From positions 248,001 to 311,764 of the forward strand of contig NW_027590160.1 of the NCBI RefSeq assembly GCF_964213995.1: a stretch of 63,764 nucleotides of DNA, written 5' to 3'. The stretch's first letter is position 1, and each line of letters starts with the position of its first letter. This DNA comes from Mustelus asterias. Its lineage: Eukaryota. The position numbers and the translations under genes are program-made. Under the pieces are notes generated by a model, which saw nothing but the letters and a program-made list of their open reading frames with translations, was not told the origin of the DNA and ran no database searches. Of this stretch, positions 23,541 through 37,027 are shown one piece after another.

Positions 23541-25939
23541 TTGACCAGTGAGATAATATATTAAACATCAGGTGACCTTATTGATTACTTGCATTCCCTC
23601 CAACATAAGGAACACCAATCAAAATCTAAATATGACACATCAGATAAAGAAAAACGTCCCGATATTTACATATTACAAGGGGCAGAATGACAGAATGTTC
23701 ACATGTTCCAGAATATAAATAAGAATGGACATCAGGAAGAGCTCAACAGGCATCATCTCTAAACTGCTGTCAAGGTATTACAGCAGCTCACGTGAATGTT
23801 TTCTTCACCACGTGCAGAAATTGAAGTTGTTTTTATTCCTTGGGACACGATCAACCAATTGATGCCCTGAAAGTTGCTCAGCTACAAACAGCAGATATGT
23901 TCACGTGAGAGTGAGCAAAAAACAAACACAGTTACCGTCAGTCCAGTTGAACAGCAAAGAACGCTTTAAGTGCGTGTTTACGTCACGGTCTAGTACAGGA
24001 CTCGTGACACACAACCCAGTGCTTTATAAATAGCTACATGACCCTGCTGCATTTCAACGAAATGCATGGTGCCTTGCGGCAATAACTAAGACAGGCCGTG
24101 TGTAATATGAACTGTAACAAGGGATAATATATTTTAAGCAGAGCCATATTCTTATTGAGACATTGCATTATGATATAAGCATGGATGTTGTACACTGCAG
24201 CAAAAACTGACACAGAGATTAGTGGAATGTAAACGAAGACATAGTTTAGCTTTGGTGTAATTGACACAGCCAAAGACGAAGTTTAAACACTGACAGGACA
24301 TTTTCGAATAGAAAAAGATATATTTATCAATGCGGCAATAGCTAATAGATAGACCAGTGCGACATAAAACTGGAACTGGTCTATCACCGTAATAACTGAG
24401 TCAGGGGTTCGCCTAATATGATGAAAAACACTTTCGGTTTGAACGTAAACAAAGGGATTGTCTTGTCTGCAATAAGTGAGTCAGATTCTATCACAACATG
24501 AGCAAGAACATGGTTTGAAACAGGACACAAAAAAACAGCATGGTCATGGTGCAGTATAACAGATAGGGAGACATGGTGCAATGATAACAAAGCCAGATCA
24601 TCCCAAGCAATACATCTCGAGGTAAGGCCTGGTATAATACAAATGAAAACATGCTCTACTGTCGCAGAAGCAGAGGCAAGGCCTAGCCTTTTATAAACTG
24701 AAGCATATTCGAATGCAGTCATATATAAGGTATGATAATTCAAACAGAGGCAACCCGGCTACAGCAATGAGTGAAACAGGGTGAGTGTAAATATAAAAAG
24801 TTGAATACTGTAATTTCATATACCGAACAGTACCTGGTGTAATGTAAACAGTTGGTGTATTATGAGCCTGGTGCAATTGTACCTGGGCAGGGTCACAAGT
24901 ATGATGAACAGTTGCTCGATGTGGACCACTAATAAACAATACATGGACAAGAGTAATACATGAAAAGTCACGTTCTAGAATAATATAAACAGGAACAGAG
25001 TCATGTCAACCTCGATGTCGCTGAGTGCTTGAATAAGCGAATCCGGCCCTTGTGTCATTATGCTGAAGCACAAATCAACGCATTGATATCTAAGATCGGG
25101 CTGACTGTAATGTCAACAGAGATATGCCCAACTGCAGCAATATCTGACGCCGACTCTTCCCTCACGCAAGCAAAAACGTTGTCGTGGAAAAAAATGAAAG
25201 AGGGAATATCGGACTTTACTTGGAGACATATTTTAGAGTAGAAATGAATTAGATCGACGCTGAGGCAAGCACGGCTTGAGACACAGTCCAGGTCAATAAA
25301 AAAAACTGATATGCAATCAAGTTCAGCAATTACTGATTCCAGATCGAGTGTAACACAAAGAACAGACTTGATCAAGTAAAAATGAAATGGGAAGTGATAT
25401 TTTGTAGTTTGCAACGAACAGATAGAGAATGAGATTTACAAAGAACTATAATCAATGACAGTAATAAATGAAGCCGGCCCTGCTGTGATATGAGCAGAAG
25501 CTGAAGCTCTTACTGTGACAAGAGAGAGTTCAGCGCAATATCAAGAGAAACATGGTCTAGTGTAAAGCAAATAGAGACATTGGCAAGTGCAGTAAAAACA
25601 GGGAGAGGATCTCCATTAAAATAATTACATGCTGCAGTGTATTTTTAACGAAAAGATCTCCTGTAATAGAAGATAATGTCTGGTTCCACTGACAGCTGGT
25701 GGACGCAAAATTCAATGACATCAGATTGCAGACGCCATAAAATTAGCTGGTGTCTTTGATTAGCCTGAGGAGGACGCTAAGAGTGTGGAAATGAGGAGAG
25801 ACAGGTTAAATGCATGAACAGGATATTTTGAATTGTGAGAGATGGGAACGTAGTTGCTAATGTACAGGCACAGCAAGCAATTGGGAGATCAAATTGTATG
25901 TTCGCCTTTAATAAAAGCAATAGATTGATTGACTTTTTT

Positions 25940-26222
25940 AATTTCTTAGTTTCATAAGTAGGCTTACATTAACACTGCAATGAAGTTTCTGTGAAATTCC
26001 CTGGTCGCCACATTCCGGCGCCTGTTCGGCTACACTGAGGGAGAATTTAGCAAGGCCAATGCACCTAACTAGCACATCTTTCACTGTGGAAGGAAACTGG
26101 AGCAAGCGTAGGAAACCCACGGAGACATGACGAGAACGTGCACACTCCACTCAGACAGTGACCCAAACCGGGAATCAAATCCCCGGCACTGTGAGGCAGC
26201 AATGTCTAGCACTGTGCCATAA
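25940..26222 (-). mobile_element. HE1/V-SINE
   Basis: Reverse-complement V-SINE head and V-domain. Confidence 0.8.
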
Positions 26223-26235
26223 CGTTGTCCGATAG

Positions 26236-26377
26236 AAAGATAGATAGACAGGTAGAGAGACAAACAGAGACACAGACAGACAGATAGATGGGTAGATAGA
26301 TAGACAGACGGACAGACAGATAGATAGACAGACAGACGGATGGACGGATGGATGGATGGATGGCTGGATGGATGGAA
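26236..26377. repeat. Compound tetranucleotide microsatellite (GATA/GACA/GGAT)
   Basis: Direct inspection. Confidence 0.9.
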
Positions 26378-27432
26378 TGGTAATGCCGGTGGTTCTCCTG
26401 ACCAGCTTCAAAGCAGCTTCTGTCGACTTTCAGAGATGGTAGACTTGGGCGAAGGTTGAAAGTATTTTTAGGTGGTGACAGCGAATCTATCGATCTTACT
26501 GTCGGACACTGTAGAAGATTACAGCACATTGAGAATCAATGAAGAAAGATACAATGAGCCTGTTCAATCCCTGACTCGACATGCAGACTGAGGAGACAAG
26601 TCCACGGGCTTGAAAAGTGACAGCAACACAGCCAATATTCCTTAAATATGTTATTGAAATGTGTAAAGTACACAGTCCGTGTAGTTTGATAGAACAATAT
26701 ATTATTTCGGTTTGTTAAGAAGTTGCGAACACATTTCTTCCAGAATGTCCAGCATAATCGGCCCTGCTCGAAGCAGAAGCAGTTTGTATTATTATCCTGT
26801 GCCATACTTGCGGTGGGATGTTTTGGCAGGTACCACATAGAGGAAGATTTACGCTATCGCTCTTTCTCTGCTTTTATGGGACAGTAAGAAGTTTAACAAC
26901 ACCAGGTTAAAGTCCAACAGGTTTATTTTGTAGCAAAAGCCACACAAGCTTTCGGAGCTGCAAGCCCCTTCTTCAGGTGAGTGGGAATTCTGTTCACAAA
27001 CAGAGCACTTTATGGGACAGTGCAGAGTGGACTTAATTTTGAATCTACACCGGATATTCATTGTTATTATTGGACGCAAATTGAAATTATTTGGAAACCA
27101 TTTGTATTCCTACGTTTCTTTATTTGGTTTCGTGTCCGGAGAACAAACTTTCTGATAAATAATGGCCATTCCAATCTCCATCTGCTTAAACAATTATTCC
27201 AGCATCACAACATCGACGACACAGGAAAAGCAGTTCCGTGGCTGGCAAACTCTCTCGGACATCCTGTGAAAGTTATATTTCTGTTGACGTTTCTATATTG
27301 AAAGCCATGCACTCAATTACATATGTGGAAAATAGATTGCAGCTGATACAAAACAAAAAACAATTCTTAATGTTAGCAAATATAGACCATTTGCTTCTTC
27401 ATCACTTCATATTATTGCATAGCCATGCCTTT

Positions 27433-27770
27433 NNNNNNNNNNNNNNNNNNNNNNNNNNNNNNNNNNNNNNNNNNNNNNNNNNNNNNNNNNNNNNNNNNNN
27501 NNNNNNNNNNNNNNNNNNNNNNNNNNNNNNNNNNNNNNNNNNNNNNNNNNNNNNNNNNNNNNNNNNNNNNNNNNNNNNNNNNNNNNNNNNNNNNNNNNNN
27601 NNNNNNNNNNNNNNNNNNNNNNNNNNNNNNNNNNNNNNNNNNNNNNNNNNNNNNNNNNNNNNNNNNNNNNNNNNNNNNNNNNNNNNNNNNNNNNNNNNNN
27701 NNNNNNNNNNNNNNNNNNNNNNNNNNNNNNNNNNNNNNNNNNNNNNNNNNNNNNNNNNNNNNNNNNNNNN
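27433..27770. other. Assembly gap (338 N)
   Basis: Run of N. Confidence 1.
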
Positions 27771-28307
27771 CGAAACCCCTGGATTGAGCGCACTCCATAC
27801 CTAAGGATGTGCTAAAGTGCACTGAAACAAATTGAAAACTCTTCTGCTGTAATGGAGGAATCGAGGCCGCAAATGTGTGAACAGCAAGATTCCACAGAAG
27901 TGGAGATACATAATAAATACAGTTTTTAGCGGTGTTATAAGAGGGAAAGCTATTGACTCAGGGCCCTGGAGAGAACGTCCCTTCTTCTTTTTGGAAACAA
28001 CGACAGTGGTATATTTTACATTCTATCTGAGATGGAGGACACATGGAGTTCTTCAGAATCTCAGCCAGAAAGACTGTCCCTCTGATAGCTCAGTATTGCA
28101 ACAGGAAACTGTCGACGCTCGATGACTGGTTTTAAATTTACCTAGCCTGGCAAATGGAAATCAGGAGTTTCTGATTCGAGAGGAAGACAGGGCGAGAGAG
28201 GAAGAAAGATAGATCGAGAAAAAGGGAAAGGCAGGCGGGTGGGAGACAAGCAAGAGAGAGCCGGAGAAAGGAAAGGGCGGAAGCGAGCCTCCCCTGTGCA
28301 AATGAAA

Positions 28308-29236
28308 TCAAGCGAGGTCGTTTTTCTGTTTATGTTGCTGCTTAAAGCAACCAGTGACCATGGTGACTGGCCACATCAGCACCTTCATCATCTCCGCTCG
28401 AAACTTGGTCTGGGCCACTGCATAGATGAAGACGTTGTTGCAGGAACTGAGCAGCTGGAGCATGTTGGTCGTCTCCTGAATGATATACTGTGAGTCATTG
28501 AAATCGAGGCTGTTGAAGTAGCCCTCACCTGTAATCTGCACGCAGAGAAAATGTCCGACATAAGGAGCCCACAAGAGGAGGAAGCTGAGCGAGATGGCAA
28601 AGAGCAGGACAATGGATCGCTTACGGTTGGCCATCTCCGGGTCGTCCTGACTGTCGGAGCCCCGGAGCCTCCTGCGGGCTCTGCTGGCCGCTAAGATGTG
28701 TTTTATTGTGAGGGCGTTGAGCAGCAGAATGAGTATGAATGGGAGGAAAGGGGTTAGGATGTGATCCAACCAGTCAAAGGCCTGCCAGAAGGGCGAGGTA
28801 CTGAAGCTGGCTTTGATATCACAGAACCAGGCCACCCCGTCCCGGATGAACAAGGGCTGGAAGGTGAAGTAGAAAGGAATATTATTGATGCAGCTCAGGG
28901 CACAGACTATTCCTATAACTAGCAATGTTGTTTTCTCCGTGCAGTATCTTGTCTTCAGGCTCTGACAGCTGATGGCCACAAAACGGTCGATGGTAAAGCC
29001 CACTGTCAGCCAGACTGATCCATCCAGTGTGACAAAAGCCAGAATCATGGTGAGAGCACATGCAGGGTGGGTGAAAAGCACACTTTCACCAAAATAGATG
29101 CGCCCAGTCCGATTCAGGATGATGCCGGTGATGATGACAAGGAAATCGGTCACCGCTATTGCCACCAGATAGTAGGTGATACACCGGGAGAGTCCACACC
29201 GTCCACGGCATAAGGTTATGATCGCCACAAAATTCG
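28308..29236 (-). CDS. GPR139-like class A GPCR, exon 2
   Basis: Acceptor ctcacAG (29237-29238). (A)NFVAIITLCRGRCGLSRCITYYLVAIAVTD...SVWLTVGFTIDRFVAISC...LLWAPY...SSCNNVFIYA; 7TM pattern with a DRF motif, no stops. Confidence 0.9.
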
Positions 29237-30698
29237 CTGTGAGAGATCATGAAACAGTGATATCACTGAGCGGCTACCCAAACATTAGCAATTTACTCAT
29301 GTAATATATTACTGTATTCTTTCTGATCCGTTTCTTTGTTACCTCCAGGCTCCTAAATTTTCCAAAACCTTTCATAATTGTTCAATATCAAACACGGGAT
29401 TAAAAATTACTAACACATGAGACACTGCTACGGGTCCCACTCCAAACTGTGCTTTCTGGTCACTGAGTCAGTCCCCAGAGCTCGCTATCGAATTTAAACT
29501 CATGCAGATCAAGAAGAAATCAGATATTGCTCTTGGGGCTAACGGGATCAAGGGGTATGGGGGTAGACGGGATTAGGATATTGAATTTGATGATCAGCCA
29601 TGACAATAATGAATGGCGGGGCAGGCTCACAGGGCCGAATGGTCTGCTGCTGCTTCTATTTTCTAAGTTTCTATGTTAGAACATTTGCTGCCAATGGTTT
29701 GAATCACAGTGAGATCCAACAATCCATCAATCCCATTCACGTGATTTCCATTGATTCTCCTTCTGGCACCGTCTCCCTTTCAATCGTCTCATTGTTTCAA
29801 TTTTCTAACACCTCCACTGCCTCGCCATCCCGATGCTGTGATATCCTGGGTAAGATGGGTATAGAGGGATATGGACCAAATGTGGGCAATTGGGATTAGC
29901 TTAGGGCTTTTAAAACAAAGAGCGGCATGGACAAGTTGGGCCGAAGGGCATGTTTTGATGCTGTAAACGTCTATGACTCTATGACTCGTGTCTGAGATCG
30001 CAGCATACCTCCATTTCTAGCATCATGTGTTTGCCCTGATTTAGTCCCTACATCAATGGTGGTTATGTATTAACCATGTATTATGTACCGTTAATTGAAA
30101 TACTATGTTGACAATGAGGACTGCTCAGTGGGGGGAACTCACTACACGACAATTATTACATACTTCCAGCGATCAGACTGTTAATTCGTGTATCACTGAA
30201 TGTATTTTATATCACAATTCATTAATCTGATTGTTCTGTGGTAACTCATTTTGCAATATTGCAATAAGATCAGTGCACGAACATATAAGTTACAACATTA
30301 TGATATACTAATAATCCGCATAACACTAGAAGCAGTAGATTGCATTTTAAAAAAAAGAAAACCCAAATTTCAACAATATGACAAATCAATGCTCATACAA
30401 CATTAATTGTGTTACAATCCATGTGTCAGCGATCTAATAAACGGTATTTATATGAATGTGCAGCATAATGAATAAAATACTATCTTATAATGCCCCGTAA
30501 AACAAGTTGAATTAATGCACCAAAATTCACCACACCAAGATATAATACCACACAAGGCAGCTATAGATATGGGGATTCGGTTGAAGCCCCTCACAAGTAG
30601 GCAGGACTAAATATTGGGAAGCTAATGCTGATTCTGAAAAGAAAACAATCCTGCAAATTCTCAAAAGAAAAATAACGCTATTGGGATTCATTACTTAC

Positions 30699-30768
30699 CA
30701 TGGACACCAATAACAGCAAGGATTGGATAGAACATAGCAAAGAAGGGTCCATTCGCTGGTGCATGCAT
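30699..30768 (-). CDS. GPR139-like GPCR, exon 1
   Basis: ATG at 30768, MHAPANGPFFAMFYPILAVIGVH-g|GTAAGT. Phase 1 joins exon 2 in frame, giving about 332 aa. Confidence 0.85.
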
Positions 30769-31009
30769 TGTCTACCAGGAGCTAATGGATTCTCAAGCCG
30801 TATTCCTTAGATCCGCGACACAATCAAACCCTCCCTCATTTATTCTAAATGAAAGGCCCCAGAGGAATAATAATGTTGCAACATACATCTGAGTTCCCTT
30901 CGCTAAACAAACAGATTAACTCACAGTTTCATGACTTTCATTTTGTAATATTCACAAGTTTGATGATCACATTATATTGGTGGGTGAATTGTTGGCTGAG
31001 AATTACGAT

Positions 31010-31342
31010 GGGCGGCATGGTGGCACAGTTGCACTACTATACAATGGCACGACTGCTCACAGTTCCCGGGATTCGGGCTCGATTCCAGCCTTGGGTCACT
31101 GTCTATGTGGAGTTTGCACATTCTCCCCGTGTCTTTGCGGATTTCCTCTGGGTGCTCTGGTTTCCTCCCATAATCCAGAGGTGTGCAGGTTAGTTCGATT
31201 GCCCATGTTAAATTATCCCTTAGTATCCCAAGGTTAGCTTTGGGGGATTGGCAGGATAAATACGTGGGGTTACGGGGTAAGTTTGATTATGTCGGTGCGG
31301 ACTCGATCGGCCGAATGTCCTCCTACTGCACTGTAGGGATTC
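31010..31342 (+). mobile_element. HE1/V-SINE
   Basis: gggcggcatggtggcacag head and V-domain. Confidence 0.8.
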
Positions 31343-34300
31343 AACGATCGAGCCACTCAGCTTAGCTATGTCCAGAAAACCTGCTTTTTTGTCTTTCAGA
31401 AGGAAATGCTGACAATAGATATTTCTATCTCTGCCAGCCTCCCAATCTTGCTTTTGAGTGTCAGACTATTTCATGTGTTTAGTTTATTGGTAAGCCTTTC
31501 AGTGATTAACGCTTCAATTTCATCTGCATATTTAAATAATTTAGATCTGAATTATTTCAACAAAAATAGCGAACCTGGAAGAATATTTAAGCTGGAGATT
31601 ATCACGCGCAATACTGAGTCATATAGAAACTGTATGTGTTCTGCTAAACTCCAAGTGCAGGAAGAACCTCCAGACACTCGGGTTCAGAGTTTCTGATGCA
31701 GTAACAGATCAGTTGACAAATGATCTGGTACAAGATAAGCAGAGACATCGTCAGGTGAAATAGGAACTGCGGCATTGCATGGAAATATAACATGTTCAGT
31801 GGCAACCATCAACAGCAGCAGGGGAAATATAATTAAAAAGACATATATTCTCGTACAATAACAATTAATGAGGCTGAGTTCAAATAAATTCAGACATGGG
31901 TCGAAAGTATTATTTAGCGTCTATTTTAATAGGAACATGGTCATGGACTGGTACAGTGAAACTGGACTAGGGCCTGGTGCAACTCAAAGAATGACAAGTT
32001 AACTAAAACTAAAATCCTGGACATGGCTTGGAACAGTGTAGTAGCAACAGAGGCAAGGTCAATCAAATGTGAAATTGAATGTCATCTAGTGAAGTAAAAA
32101 ATGAGACAGGACCTAGACAGCGTAATATAAACAGAGACCGTGTCTCGCTTAAGCAACATGAGACAGGATCAAGTGTAACATAAATAAAGACAGTATCCAA
32201 TGTAATATAAATAGTGGCAAAGTCAAGTCTGAATAATGAACGATGACATGATCAAGAGTACTCTGTGACAGCGTCTGGTACAATTGAAATAGATCGTGTA
32301 ATGGCAACACAGAAAGGGCCAACAAGGCTAAACAGAGAGAGGAGCAAGTTCGTTAACAGTTGGGAAACCGTCAATTGTCATCCAGGTATAGATTGAAACT
32401 TGTGTATAAATTACAACGCGTTCTTCAATGTATTATTTAACGAACCAAGAACTTGAATAATGATAAATAGGGCCTTCTGAAACAGTAAGGGAGACTGAGT
32501 CTCGTGTAATAATCAACAGGCCAGCGACCAGTAGAATAATACTCAAGGACCGGAACACTAAGACATGCAAAAATTAATGTGATGATCACTGAGAGAAGGA
32601 CGAATGAAATAACAATCAGAGTTTGGTCAAACACTAAGAGACAAAGCTTAGTGTCATAATCAAGGAGTGGCGTGCACATTAATAATCAAGGCGTTGGTGA
32701 AACACCAACAGAGTTTCAAACTCCGTTGTAAGATTCAGCATACGATTTGGTTTCTGAGAAAAGGGTGGCAAAAAAGAGTTAGGTTTTCTGGTAAGTTCTG
32801 TGCTGAGCTGTAAATTGTTCGACAGCAAAAGGAATTATTAAAAATGTGAGACTATCAGTTATTTTACCTCGTGTTGAAACAATGACCAACTTTGAATGGA
32901 TCAGGTTCACACTAGGATTATGTAAGGAAAATAAATCTATTGTAAGGAACGGACAAGATAATGAGAGTTATATATTTGGGTGGACAGTAGGACATTGCGG
33001 ATTTCCTGCTGTGCTGGGTGGTCTAAAAGAAGTAGGGTCGGCCAATCTTGTCTGACATACTGTTGGTCATATTTTTTATGCAGCAAAATTAGCCATAGTT
33101 TGTGCGAAGTACTGGGATTGCGAAGTCCACTTTTGGCCTTTATTGCAGTTTGTTTGGCAGCCTAAAATATTGAACAGAACTTTCCCATTCCCTTTGTCGT
33201 TACCTGGAGCCTCGAACCGCAGCCACAGAGTGTATCGATCAGAGAGAGTTTTTGAGTGAATGTCAACAAACAACGAACAGTTTTCAAAAGTTTATGAGTG
33301 ATTTTAAATCGATCCCCTTTCACAGAGCTCCCACCATATTCATTGTCCTTCCGAGAGACTGTCCATTGTCTGTCACTGTGCCCGGTAATTCTGAAAATGA
33401 CAGAACTGGAAACTAAGCATTACTGAATGAAAACATAGCTTTAAATGCAAAGAACAGAAGGTGATGACGGAGGAATGGCTTGCTTAAATCAAAAACGATC
33501 GCTCTTTGTGTATCGTGTATGTCTGCTTGGATATTGTCAGTGGGAGTTATCATATTGCAACCCGATCCTCGGTTACTGCACTGAAGAAAGCTGTCGATCT
33601 GAGTCGCCTCTTCAGATGAGACATTTCACCGACGGCCAGCCATCCTGACCAGGGTGTTGCTACAGAATTCCATGAACTTCTGAAATAAGAGCGGAAATTA
33701 GAAAACCAAAGAAATCACCCGCACTGAACTCCCCATTCCTTCGTTGAGGAGAGAGGGTTGTGGCTGCTCCACTGAACAGAACAATGTCGTCTCCCATTCC
33801 CTCCTCAACAGACTGAGGTGAGAGGGGATTTCAAATCCATGTCACACATCCAATGCAGAGACAGATAATTGACAGCTCCCTCTTTCTACTTGAGCGTTAT
33901 TCACACAGCACACCATCAGAAACCATAGATCCGGGCGGCTCATCAATGACCTCCTGGAGCAATAACAGAAAATGCTGGAACATCTCAGCAGGCCTCACAT
34001 CATCTGTGGAGAGAGAATAGAGTCAACGCTTCCTGTCTGTATTACCGTTCGTCAGAGCTCATGGTCACTGCTCTCTGCCAATCAGCGTTAGGTCACATAA
34101 AGAGGGACATACCCAAACTGTGCATCGCAACACCCAGCTGTGTCGCGGGAGTCCATTCTGGGGTTGGGAACTCCGGGGCCGCAATAGCTGACGAGCTTTG
34201 ATTGAATGTTCACAGCTTTCTGTCGCCTTTAAATCTTTCAGTCTGTTTTTTTTAACGTTGGGCATGATCTAATTTACCGCCGGTCGGGTCCGAAGAATTT

Positions 34301-34394
34301 CAGTGCAATTCTGAGATCCAGCTTCCCAGTGTAGTCCAGCTCTGCAGTCTCCATCTCCCCGTCATGTGAGCCATCAGCTCCAGGCAGCAGAGCG

Positions 34395-34867
34395 ATGGAA
34401 ATCTTCTTTGTTTTCACCCTGTGTGTCTGTGTACCCCGTGAGTACCGACCAAACTTACCCACATTGTGTGGATTGAATATAAAACTGCCCCAGTCCACCC
34501 CAATTACAGACACTGTCTGGGGTTTTAGTCCCGTTGTGTGGTTCGGCTCTGATGGTCCATTAAACTCTGTGTTTAATTTCCAGGGTCATTCAGTCAGTCA
34601 GTGACACAGAGCCCAGCAGCGGTGACCAGGAAGGAATATCAGTCTCTCACCGTCACCTGTGTTTTCTATGGCGGTTATTACTATTTGGAAAATGGTGATT
34701 TCTTCAGACAAACCCAGACTGGAACAGAGCGGGAGAAGATCACCAGCGGAGGGAGATTTGTTGTGTCGGTGAGTAAAGCAGAAGAGATATTTTCACTGGA
34801 AATTCGGGACTTGAGAGTTGAAGACACCGCCACCTATTACTGTGAAGCTCATTACAAATACGAAACA
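34395..34867 (+). CDS. IgNAR-like (NAR-TCR-type) V segment: leader exon 34395-34437 plus V exon 34584-34867
   Basis: Leader MEIFFVFTLCVCVP-c|GTGAGT, acceptor ttccAG. V reads QSVTQSPAAVTRKEYQSLTVTCVFYGGYYYLENGDFFRQTQTGTEREKITSGGRFVVSVSKAEEIFSLEIRDLRVEDTATYYCEAHYKYET. It is short, lacks the CDR2/C'-C'' region and has the NAR-like ISxGGR(F/Y) strand. Confidence 0.85.
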
Positions 34868-34905
34868 CACAGTGGTCGGCCTCGACTTCCCGCGGTACAA
34901 AAACT
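34868..34905 (+). other. Recombination signal sequence (two-turn, 22-nt spacer) of the NAR-like V
   Basis: CACAGTG + 22 nt + ACAAAAACT. Confidence 0.92.
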
Positions 34906-35179
34906 CTCACTGCAAAGTTTCACATAAACACATTAAAAATCGGACCTATTCTGTTCTGAAACACTCAGTTTCACCTCACATGCTCTGTTACATAGTCTCG
35001 TTTATAATGAGACGGGATTATTACAGTTTGCACTTTGAGTTTTATAAATACGGAGCGCGGGTGGTGATATCTTTTCCGGGATTGATGTTGTTGAATGGAG
35101 ATTGGGAATGACTGACCCCAGTTCCAACCCATCTCAAAATTTCGGGTCCTGTTCCCTCAGGTTCCCTCAGATGGTACCA

Positions 35180-35308
35180 TCTGACGAAGGAGCAGTGCTC
35201 CGAACGCTTGTGGTATTTGTTACCAAATAAACCTGTTGGACTTTAACCTGGTGTTGTGAGACTTCTTACCGTGTTCACCCCAGTCCAACGCCGGCATCTC
35301 CACATCAT
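35180..35308 (+). mobile_element. Penelope-like terminal fragment
   Basis: Same terminus as 42910-43045. Confidence 0.7.
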
Positions 35309-35309
35309 G

Positions 35310-36290
35310 ACTAGTGGTGTTCTGCAGGGCTCTGCTCTGGGACCTCTGCTGTTTCTGATATATATAAATGATTTGGAGGAAGGTGTAGCTGGTGTGATCA
35401 GTAAGTTTGTGGACGACACAAAGATTGCTGGAGTTGCGGATAGTGATGAACATTATCAGATAATGCAGCAGGATATAGATAGGCTGGAACATTGGGCGGA
35501 GAAATGGCAGATGGAATTTAATTCAGATAAATGCGAAGTGATGCATTTCGGTAGATCTAATGTAAGGGGGAGCTATGCAATAAATGGCAGAACCATCAGG
35601 AGTATAGACACACAGAGGGACCTGGGTGCACAAGTCCACAGATCCTTTAAGATGGCAGCACAGGTGGAGAGGGTAGTCAAGAAGGCATATGGCATGCTTG
35701 CCTTTATTGGACGGGGCATAGAATATAAAAGTTGGCAAATGATGTTCCGGCTGTGTAGAACGTTGCTTAGGCCAAATTTGGAATACTGCATCCAGTTCTG
35801 GTCGCCACACTACCAAAAGGACGTGGAGGCTTTGGAGAGAATACAGAGAAGGTTTACCAAGATGTTGCCTGGTATTATCTATGAGGAGAGATTGGGTAAA
35901 CTGGGGATGTTCTCCCTGGAAAGACGGAGGATGAGGGGCGACCGAATAGAGGTGTATAAAATTATGAAGGGCATAGATAGAGTGAACAGTGGGAATTTTT
36001 TCCCCAGGTCGGAGGTGACGAACACAAGGGGGTCACAGGTTCAAGGTGAGGGGGGCAAGGTTCAACACAGATGTCAGGGGGACGTATTTTACACAGAGGG
36101 TAGTGGGGGCCTCGAATGCACTCCCAAGCAAGGTGATTGAGGCCGACACGCTGGGATCGTTTAAGACTAGATAGCCACATGAACAGACTGGGAATAGAGG
36201 GATACAAACGAATGGTCTAGTTGGGCACATGAGTGGCGCAGGCTTGGAGGGCCGAAGGGCCTGTTCCTGTGCTGTATTGTTCTTTGTTCA
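35310..36290 (+). mobile_element. CR1-type LINE, RT C-terminal half plus 3' UTR
   Basis: SGVLQGSALGPLLFLIYINDL...KFVDDTK...WQMEFNSDKCEVMHFG...QFWSPHY...RRRMRGD. Confidence 0.9.
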
Positions 36291-36299
36291 ATGTGGTCA

Positions 36300-37027
36300 T
36301 GGCTGATCCAGGACTTCAGTGCCATATTCCTCCTTTTCCAAAAACCCATGGTGTCATTAAAATCTAAAAAAAACAATCGATTTCCTTCTAGAATATATTC
36401 AATGACTTCGCCTCCACAGCCTTCTGTGGCAGCTGATTTCCAAAGGTACATTACCCTTGCAGTGAAGAAAATTTCTCTCATCTCAGTCCTAAATATCCCA
36501 TTTCCTGACACTGCACCCCCTGGATCTAGACGTCCCAACCGTGGAAAACATCCTTCCCGCATCTAAACTGTCCAGCTCTCATAGAATGTTATACGGTTCA
36601 ATCAGATCTTCTCTCATCCTTCTAGATTCTAGTGATTACAAGCCCAGTCCAACCAATCTCTCATAGCTCAGTCCCACCAACCCCGGTATCAGCCTAGTGA
36701 AGGTTCACTGTACTCCCTCGATGGCAAGTATGTCCGTGCTTACCCAATGAGACCAAAACTGCATTCAATAATCCAGGTGTGAACTCAACAAGGTCCTGTA
36801 GTAAGACATCCCTACTTCTGAATTTAAATCCTTTTGCAATGAAGGCCAACACCTCATTTGCCTTTCCAATTGCTTGCTGCACCAGCTTTTCTACCTTCAC
36901 TGATTGGTGTTGAAGATCCCTTTGTACATCCACTCCTCCCAATATATCATCGTTTAAATGATACTTTTCCTTTACTTTTTCATCCTGACCTTTATAACTT
37001 CACATTTAGCTACATTGTTCTATATCC
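36300..37027 (-). mobile_element. Older CR1-type LINE fragment
   Basis: Minus-strand DVQRDL...QQAIGKANEVLAFIAKGFKFRS similarity to CR1 RT. Confidence 0.7.

Noticed and set aside
26400-27430. Coding-like decayed sequence (WYLPKHP..., reminiscent of BEL/Pao RT)
   Set aside because: A single short motif only; cannot be supported without a search. Likewise 32960-33290, 43533-43751 and 53720-54090.
27238-27822. ORFs spanning X residues
   Set aside because: Artefacts of the N gap.
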